From Bacilli bacterium (GTDB taxonomy: Bacteria > Bacillota_I > Bacilli_A > RF39 > UBA660), in the NCBI GenBank assembly GCA_017459425.1, contig JAFUCZ010000024.1, forward strand, positions 9,672-41,671: a DNA stretch of 32,000 nucleotides. The letters run 5' to 3'. Below are positions 16,925 to 23,800 of this stretch, in pieces; position 1 is the first letter of the stretch; each line of letters opens with the position of its first letter. The position numbers and the translations under genes were made by a program. The notes under the pieces are model-generated. The model saw nothing but the letters and a program-made list of their open reading frames with translations, had not been told where the DNA came from and ran no database searches.

Positions 16925-17992
16925 TTATAAATAACTATCTATAATTTTTTCTATTTTTTTCTTATTACATCTATATGAATAATAATAATTCATCATAGAT
17001 GAAAAATATGTTTCAAATTTTAATTTTTCATTTTTGTATAAATATATTTTCTTTTTTACATTTTTCTTCATATTCTTAACAGAACTTCTTTTAACAATCA
17101 TTATTGTTTTTTTATTTTGTATAAAAAATTTATAACCTAGAAATGTAAAACCATATTTAGAACTCGTAATAAATGTTTTATTTATACTTATATCCAATTT
17201 ATATTCATTATTTAGTTTATTAATTATTATTTCTTTGCATTTTTTTAAATATAATAAATCATCACTAAAAATTAAAAAATCATCCATATACCTTACATAG
17301 TGTTTTAATTTTAATGTATGAATTATATAGTGATCTAGTCTGGATAAATAATATATTGACAAGCATTGACTACTTAAATTACCAATTGGTAAGCCTTTGC
17401 CGTATTCATATAAAGGTACTTTTAAATTTTTATTATTTTTAAGGATTTTTTTTATATTTGAATTTATATAATCATAATTAGTACTATCAATTATTTTACA
17501 TACAAAATTATATTCACAATCACTTAAATCTGTTTTTAACATTGCCTTTAATATGTCATGATCTATCCTATAAAAATACTTACTTATATCTATTTTTAAA
17601 ACATAAAATATTTTATTTTTTCTTTTATAAAACTCTATATATTTTTTTACTAAATTTATGGCATAATCGGTACCTTTGCCTATACGTGTAGCAACATTTC
17701 TATCATCTAATTTTTTTTCTAATTTAGGTATTAGATAATTAGTAGTATAATAATGATTTATTATTTTGTCGTTAATACTTAATGACATAATAAGCCTAGG
17801 TTTTGGTTCATATATTAAAAAAATATTGTATTTATGAATAAGTGGCTCTATACCATTTAATACATCAACAATATATTTTAAATGCTCTGATTTATGCATT
17901 TCCAAATTAATTAATTTATTTTTATTTTTTACTGTCTTTTTTAATGTTTGTTCATAAAATTCAAGTACATCACGTATTGTTATTTTTTTCAT
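16925..17992 (-). CDS. Diversity-generating retroelement reverse transcriptase
   Basis: RT motifs are present: the motif 4 region LPIGNLSSQCLSIYYL (the (I/L)GxxxSQ signature that distinguishes DGR RTs), motif 5 YVRYMDDFLIFS (YxDD), and FTFLGYKF. The 355-aa size is typical of DGR RTs. It overlaps the avd-like gene by 23 nt, and the TR and VRs lie nearby. Confidence 0.9.
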   Translation of the reverse strand: MKKITIRDVLEFYEQTLKKTVKNKNKLINLEMHKSEHLKYIVDVLNGIEPLIHKYNIFLIYEPKPRLIMSLSINDKIINHYYTTNYLIPKLEKKLDDRNVATRIGKGTDYAINLVKKYIEFYKRKNKIFYVLKIDISKYFYRIDHDILKAMLKTDLSDCEYNFVCKIIDSTNYDYINSNIKKILKNNKNLKVPLYEYGKGLPIGNLSSQCLSIYYLSRLDHYIIHTLKLKHYVRYMDDFLIFSDDLLYLKKCKEIIINKLNNEYKLDISINKTFITSSKYGFTFLGYKFFIQNKKTIMIVKRSSVKNMKKNVKKKIYLYKNEKLKFETYFSSMMNYYYSYRCNKKKIEKIIDSYL

Positions 17993-18335
17993 ATACTATC
18001 CAACCCCTAACTTTTTTATTTAAATCTAATAAAAGTGCGGTTTTTTCATGAAAAATAGATTCAGTAATATATCCCTTTTTATATGATTCTTCAAGTAATA
18101 AATCAATCATACTAATTTTTGATAAAATTTTACTTTGATTTAAAATACGAATATCTTTAAATTTATTAAGTGGTATATAATTAGATTCATAAATAAGTTC
18201 TATTATCTCATAGGTTAATGTTTTTATTTTATCTTTAAGTATTATTTCCCTATTTGGAAATCTACATAAAATAGTATCTATTTCAAACAGGAATGTTTTA
18301 GCAATTACAATTATTTTAAACTTATTTTCTTTCAT
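17970..18335 (-). CDS. avd: Avd-like accessory variability determinant (four-helix-bundle protein)
   Basis: 121 aa and predicted all-helical. FPNREIILKDKIKTLTYEIIELIYESN and IDLLLEESYKKGYITESIFHEKTALLLDLNKKVRGWI fit the four-helix-bundle / 23S rRNA IVS protein family pattern. It is translationally coupled to the RT. Confidence 0.75.
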   Translation of the reverse strand: MKENKFKIIVIAKTFLFEIDTILCRFPNREIILKDKIKTLTYEIIELIYESNYIPLNKFKDIRILNQSKILSKISMIDLLLEESYKKGYITESIFHEKTALLLDLNKKVRGWIVYEKNNNT

Positions 18336-18672
18336 TTAAAAAATTATCTATTACATCAATTAAATCATTTAATTGATTAAAATTTGCTTTCATTATTTTT
18401 TCTTGTATTTGATTAATTTTTAAATCAAGAATTAATTTGTTTTTTGATTCTATTAAATAATTACTGTAATTATCGTCTTCAAAATGTTTTATTTCATCAT
18501 TTAATTTATAATCAATATGTAATTCGTCTAATTTTGATTTAACCTTGTCAATACTACTTAGTGGAAAACCAACTCTACTATCTTTTAGTTTATAATTAAA
18601 TAAATTATGTAATATTGTTGCGTCATCATCAAATACTGAATAAAAATTACCTGCTTTTCTAAAAACTATCAT
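18322..18672 (-). CDS. Small MutS domain-I-like DGR accessory protein (MSL-type)
   Basis: MIVFRKAGNFYSVFDDDATILHNLFNYKLKDSRVGFPLSSIDKVKSKLDELHIDYKL aligns by eye with the MutS mismatch-binding N-terminus (LLFYRMGDFYELFYDDA...L...LT.R...PMAGIP......YL.KL...G..V). It overlaps avd by 14 nt. Confidence 0.55.
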   Translation of the reverse strand: MIVFRKAGNFYSVFDDDATILHNLFNYKLKDSRVGFPLSSIDKVKSKLDELHIDYKLNDEIKHFEDDNYSNYLIESKNKLILDLKINQIQEKIMKANFNQLNDLIDVIDNFLNERK

Positions 18673-18896
18673 TAATAAACCTCACTTCATAAATATTAGT
18701 AAGGAGTAAATAACTCCTTACCATTACAACATACTACATTTTTACAAGATTATAGAATCGGTACGTATACCTATCGTCTTGTACTATCTTTAGGGTTACC
18801 CCTAGGACATGTGCTGTCTCCTACAATTATCATATTATTTGCGAGAAAATAATACCCGAATAAATATTTGACTACATTGTAAACTGAAATTGTAGC
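18673..18896 (-). ncRNA. Non-coding spacer 3' of the TR, probably part of the DGR RNA (Sp-like region)
   Basis: There is no ORF, and it is locally richer in G+C than its surroundings. Minus-strand hairpins are TAGGG-GTAA-CCCTA (18791-18804, GNRA-type loop), GGTA-TACG-TACC (18760-18771, UNCG-type loop) and gtaaggagt-tatt-tactccttac (18699-18721). Confidence 0.4.
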
Positions 18897-19010
18897 AGTC
18901 TACAGGGCGGACAGAACCGGCATTTAACGCATTGTTGTTATTGACGTTTCCTGTAGAGTTCACATTGAACACATTATTGGAATTTGAAGAATTCGCACGA
19001 GGCGAAAGGG
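18897..19010 (-). repeat. DGR template repeat (TR), 114 nt
   Basis: It is homologous to 19520-19633 and 21317-21430. All mismatches are at plus-strand T, which is A on the minus (coding/template) strand. In the target reading frame it is loaded with AAY Asn codons (...ANSSNSNNVFNVNSTGNVNNNNALNAGSVRPV). The 60-aa ORF at 18835-19017 in the track is this element, not a gene. Confidence 0.92.
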
Positions 19011-19040
19011 AAAACAAAAGCCAAAACTCAGAAAACTATC

Positions 19041-19355
19041 TTACCCTAACACACCTGCCCTAATTCTATCTAATATATCTATAACTATAAACTTATATAC
19101 GTACTCAGTATATCTATTTATATTGTTTTCATATGTTTTATCTATATTTAAATTATCTACTATAATATAATTAATACTTAATTTTTGAAATTTTTTTAAT
19201 ACTACAGTAATATCATCATTATATTTTTTAATATAATTTAAAATAATTTTATCTATACCAAAACATTTATACCCAAATTTATTTTTACTAGTTTTAAATA
19301 GCAATACATAATTAGGATATATTTTTTTTAAAAACCAATATCTATTATTGTACAT
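19041..19355 (-). CDS. Hypothetical small protein between the DGR targets and the TR, possibly a second MutS-domain-I-like accessory
   Basis: 104 aa. YWFLKKIYPNYVLLFKTSKNKFGYKCFGIDKIILNYI loosely parallels the MutS N-terminus (YL.LK...P..LLFYR.GDFYE.F..DA......L), and SINYIIVDNL parallels the VAI.EQ region. The similarity is weak and seen by eye only. Confidence 0.4.
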   Translation of the reverse strand: MYNNRYWFLKKIYPNYVLLFKTSKNKFGYKCFGIDKIILNYIKKYNDDITVVLKKFQKLSINYIIVDNLNIDKTYENNINRYTEYVYKFIVIDILDRIRAGVLG

Positions 19356-19386
19356 ATATAATTTATTAGTAGAATCCTTTTCTACC

Positions 19387-19414
19387 CGTCCAGTCTTGAA
19401 TACAAGACCGGACG
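19387..19414 (-). promoter_or_regulatory. 12-bp hairpin downstream of DGR target 2
   Basis: The minus strand reads cgtccggtcttg-tatt-caagactggacg. All 12 positions pair on the minus strand, one of them as G-U. The plus-strand version has an A-C mismatch, so the structure is strand-specific. A second 6-bp hairpin (gtagaa/ttctac) follows at 19369-19386. No T-run follows either hairpin. Confidence 0.4.
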
Positions 19415-19442
19415 ATTCCTTTCATTTTATCTTTTAATTCAA

Positions 19443-20840
19443 TTATTCTGTGTAATTTAGAACAAATGGTTTTGATTGTGTTCCATCACCAGAGGTGATT
19501 GTAACACCTGATTTTAAGTAGACTACAGGGCGGACAGAACCGGCATCCAACGCATGGTCGCCAGTGACGTAGCCTGTAGAGCGCACAATGAACACAATAT
19601 AGGAATAAGAAGAAGTCGCACGAGGCGAAAGGGTCCATGTCCACATACTTGTATTTAATAACCAATCATTATTCTTACAGTCTGTATATGTATTTTGCCA
19701 ATTTGGTATACTTGAATCTGATACGTATCCTACAGTATATGATAAACATGCATCTCTATCATGTGTACTTCCACCACTTGTCGCATATGCATAATCACTT
19801 GGATATATTAGTCCTACTTTACCTGTCCAACGCGTTGTTCTATTTACTGTATCACTACAATGTGTTGCATTTGAACATTGCTTACCTGTACTACTTGATC
19901 GCTCCCAACTATATAGTAGTGACGCTGTTATTCTTCCATCCCAGATATTTGCACTTGGTGTATCTAATGAGCCTAAGTACCATGTTGCATTATCTATCAT
20001 ATTTTTACTTGCTGTATCGCTCAATCCTGTATTTGTAAAATCACAGTTTGCTGTATTATAATTTCCATATGTATAACATTTGCCACTTTCTGCATTCCAA
20101 TACAAACTATTATTTACTTCGATTGTATCATAATTTGACGCGCTGTTATCTCCACAGTTAACTATTGAATTTGCTGAATCTAAAGTTGAACCTGCAATAC
20201 ATCTTAAATCTTCGTTCTCTTCATATCCTGGATTTAATAATTTCATTAAATCTGCTCCATCATAATCAGTTCCATCAGTTAGTGTTGATTCACCCCATTG
20301 GTTTACACCATATCCTCTATTAACATCTACCGCTGATGTATCAAATGAATAATTTCCAATTGGGCTTTGAACAAGTTTTAGTCTTCCATCAAATACTCCT
20401 ATTATTCTCCATACTTGATCATTAAATCTTACATAGTTATCTGGATTACTTCCTATAAACCTTAATTCATTTTCGTGATCTGTTGTTGATATTCCCTCAC
20501 CCTCTGTATTTAATGCTTTTATATATGATTCTGGTGTTTTCGGATTTGTACAACTATATTCACCATTTGTTCCATTAATTCTTACATATCCGCTAGGACA
20601 ACCTACATTAACTTCACAGAATGTTGCTTTTGTATATAATTCATCTAATGCAGTTTGTACATCTTCTACATCATTTCCACTCGAATCTTTAAAGCCGGAA
20701 GAGCTATTATCATATCCAACGTTATCACTTTGGTAAAGAATCGTAGCACCATAGACAGTTGTACTTGCTACAATTATTCCAATTATTATTCCATAAAATA
20801 ATTTTTTGTTATTATTAATATTATTTATTATTTTCTTCAT
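19443..20840 (-). CDS. DGR target protein 2: membrane-anchored/secreted protein with a C-terminal variable-region domain
   Basis: N-terminal hydrophobic anchor (LFYGIIIGIIVASTTVYG). VR1 encodes ...WTLSPRATSSYSYIVFIVRSTGYVTGDHALDAGSVRPVVYL about 25 residues from the C-terminus. The W.L(R)SP...G.VRP(A/V) module resembles C-type-lectin-fold/DUF6273-like ligand-binding domains used by DGR targets. An AGGAGGAAATAATT-ATG RBS follows 12 nt after the stop of target 1. Confidence 0.85.
   Translation of the reverse strand: MKKIINNINNNKKLFYGIIIGIIVASTTVYGATILYQSDNVGYDNSSSGFKDSSGNDVEDVQTALDELYTKATFCEVNVGCPSGYVRINGTNGEYSCTNPKTPESYIKALNTEGEGISTTDHENELRFIGSNPDNYVRFNDQVWRIIGVFDGRLKLVQSPIGNYSFDTSAVDVNRGYGVNQWGESTLTDGTDYDGADLMKLLNPGYEENEDLRCIAGSTLDSANSIVNCGDNSASNYDTIEVNNSLYWNAESGKCYTYGNYNTANCDFTNTGLSDTASKNMIDNATWYLGSLDTPSANIWDGRITASLLYSWERSSSTGKQCSNATHCSDTVNRTTRWTGKVGLIYPSDYAYATSGGSTHDRDACLSYTVGYVSDSSIPNWQNTYTDCKNNDWLLNTSMWTWTLSPRATSSYSYIVFIVRSTGYVTGDHALDAGSVRPVVYLKSGVTITSGDGTQSKPFVLNYTE
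19457..20534 (-). repeat. Copy A of the ~1.08-kb duplicated VR-bearing module
   Basis: Collinear with 21254-22334 at an offset of 1797-1800 nt, with one 3-nt indel. The encoded proteins are roughly 95 percent identical outside the VR by eye. Confidence 0.9.
19520..19633 (-). repeat. DGR variable repeat VR1
   Basis: I count 17 differences from the TR across 18901-19010, plus one at 18899. All are at TR adenines on the coding strand. The flanking invariant blocks are ccctttcgcctcgtgcg (5') and ccggttctgtccgccctgtag (3'). Confidence 0.92.
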
Positions 20841-20852
20841 AATTATTTCCTC

Positions 20853-23800
20853 CTAATTTAGCATCTCGTACAACTTGTCTATCATACATTGTACATTACT
20901 ACATCCAAGTGTACTATTAATATGTTCTATATTTTCTGCCATTACTCTTGTCCATTTAGCATATAATACTCCACTGTTATCTGTAAAAATAGTAGCAGAC
21001 ACTTGTGAAGACAATTTACCACTAGAATCAATTACTTTGGTTCCAGTTCCATTCTTGCCTGTATAATATCCACCAAATGCATATCCTTTTTTTGTTGGTA
21101 TTGTTATTCCATTACTACTTGTTGTAATTTGTGTAGTAGCTTCACTATTTAAATAATATCCTGTATTATATTTTTCATATATACTTGTTGTTCCTGTTGT
21201 AGTAGCATTTCTATTATCTAATTTTACTGAATATGTATCTGATGTTGGATCAGTTAAAACAAATGGTTTTGATTGTGTTCCATCACCAGAGGTGATTGTA
21301 ACACCTGATTTTAAGTAGACTACAGGGCGGACAGAACCGGCAAAGAACGCATCGGTGCTAATGACGTATCCTGTAGAGTGCACATAGAACACACTATTGG
21401 AATCTGAAGAAATCGCACGAGGCGAAAGGGTCCATGTCCACACGCCTGTATTTAATAACCAATCATTATTCTTACAGTCTGTATATGTATTTTGCCAATT
21501 TGGTATACTTGAATCTGATACATATCCTACAGTATATGATAAACATGCATCTCTATCATGTGTACTTCCTCCACTTGTTGCATATGCATAATCACTTGGA
21601 TATATTAGTCCTACTTTTCCTGTCCAACGCGTTGTTCTATTTACTGTATCACTACAATGTGCATTATTTTGTGTACATTGCTTACCTGTACTACTTGATC
21701 GCTCCCAACTATATAGTAGTGACGCTGTTACTCTTCCATCCCAGATATTTGCACTTGGTGTATCTAATGAGCCTAAGTACCATGTTGCATTATCTATCAT
21801 ATTTTTACTTGCTGTATCGCTCAATCCTGTATTTGTAAAATCACAGTTTGCTGTATTATAGTTTCCATATGTATAACATTTGCCACTTCCTGCATTCCAA
21901 TACAAACTATTATTTACTGAAACTGTATCATAATTTGACGCACTGTTATCTCCGCAGTTAACTATTGAATTTGTACTATCTAAAGTTGAACCTGCAATAC
22001 ATCTTAAATCTTGATTACTCTCATATCCTGGATTTAATAATTTCATTAAATCTGCTCCATCATAATCAGTTCCATCAGTTAGTGTTGATTCACCCCATTG
22101 GTTTACACCATACCCTTTATTTACATCTACCGCTGATGTATCAAATGAGTAACTACCTATTGGACTTTGAACAAGTTTTAATCTTCCATCAAATACTCCT
22201 ATTATTCTCCATATTTGATTATTAAATCTTACATAGTTATCTGGATTACTTCCTATAAATCTTAATTCATTTTCGTGATCTGTTGTTGATATTCCCTCAC
22301 CCTCTGTATTTAATATTTTAATTACAGATTCAGGATCGTTACCAACATATGTCCAATTTGCAGTATAACTTCTATTACCTGTTGAACCTGTAGGTATAGT
22401 TACATTTTTGCTTGGAGTATTTCCATTAGACCCAGTCCATCCATCAAATAAATAACCTGTTTTTTTTGGATTATTTAATGTGATTGCACTGCTTTCTTTT
22501 GTGTAACTTGTTGGATTTGTAGCACTTCCACCATTTAATGTGTATTCAATTGTATATGATATTGGTTCACATACTCCATATAACGCTACATCCGTTATTG
22601 GTGTTATTGTTTCGCCACTTGTATGTTGAATAGTTGTACCATTTTCATTTGCTGTCCATCCACAAGTATATCCTGTTTTTTCTATTGTTGGAAGTGTTAT
22701 ATTTCCACTACCACTAAATCTAGCAAATAAAGTAATATCTTCATCATGTATCCAATTTGATTCTTCATCTGTATATTCGTTTATACTTGGAGTTAATACT
22801 GGTTTATTTGTATTATCTAGCATTAGATCTCCACCATTTTGTAATGTATACCAACCATTAAATGAATATGAAGTAGTTAAGTTTTCATTACTACTTACTG
22901 TAGCGCCATTTGATTTTCTTGAATTTGATAATTCAAATCCACTTACTGTGTATTCTTTTTGTGGTACTACTATTTCTTCTGGATTAATATCTGCTGCATC
23001 GTATGTTACTTCAACACTAGCAGTTGGGTTATTTGTTGCTCCATTTTTATTTAAAGTAATAGTATAGGTATTTGCTATCCAATGTGCTGTTATAGTTTCT
23101 GATTTTTTAGCTAAAGTTTCAGGAGTAACCTTTACATCATTTGACGTATACCAGCCATCAAATGTGTATCCAGTTTTACTAACTGTAGGTAATTCACCAT
23201 AAGAAGTATTATATTCTATTCTTTTTGTAATTACTTCTTCTCCATTATTAGGATCAAATGTTATAGTGTAAATATCTGTTGTGTATATTGCATATAGTGT
23301 ATAAATTGGATATTCATTTAAATCTACTGTTAATTTATCTCCTTTACGATATTTAATTCTTGTACCATTTTGTTCATCTGTCCAACCACTAAATGTATAT
23401 CCTTCTTTTACTGGTTCTTCTAGTACGTTATTAACTAAGTTTAAAGTTAAATCTTCACCCTCATATTTTATTTGATCTGTTACACTGCTTCCGCCATTTT
23501 CTTGATAAGTAATATAGTATACTTTTCTAAAATCAAATACATTTGTTACATTTATTGTAGATGTACTTGGATTTGTTGTAGTATAAGTTACATATAAATC
23601 TAGTGTAGATTTTTTTTCAATTACATCTTTGAAATTAAATATAGTACCATTTGCATATTTTATAGTTGTAATTAATCCATTATCGTTTGAAGTTGTAGTC
23701 ATGTTATATATAGTTTGATCGAAATCACCATTGTTTGCAATAGTTACTTTATATGTTATAGATGAATTACTATTAGGTAAAACAAACCCACTAGTTATTT

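Noticed and set aside
16925-17992. The reverse transcriptase as a group II intron maturase, a retron RT or an Abi/UG defence RT
   Set aside because: I see no intron RNA domains (no domain V-like hairpin or maturase X/En domains) and no msr/msd-style inverted repeats. The presence of a TR with two adenine-mismatched VRs, the IGNLSSQ motif and an Avd-like partner instead point specifically to a DGR.
18835-19017. 60-aa ORF in the track (MFSLSPRANSSNSNNVFNVNSTGNVNNNNALNAGSVRPVDCYNF...)
   Set aside because: It is the DGR template repeat read in the target frame. It mimics the VR-encoded peptide with Asn (AAY) codons at the variable sites. It has no RBS and no independent protein-like context, so it is annotated as the TR and not as a CDS.
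19637-21838. Plus-strand ORFs 19637-20038, 20875-21066, 21397-21591, 21434-21838, 21965-22225 and 23731-24012
   Set aside because: They are antisense shadow ORFs inside the long minus-strand target genes, and two of them merely mirror the 1.08-kb duplication. Their translations are low-complexity and Leu/Tyr/His-rich. The same reasoning applies to 192-374, 3491-3793, 9045-9233, 11954-12151, 26653-26883, 27359-27637, 28347-28646, 29177-29374 and 30672-30887.
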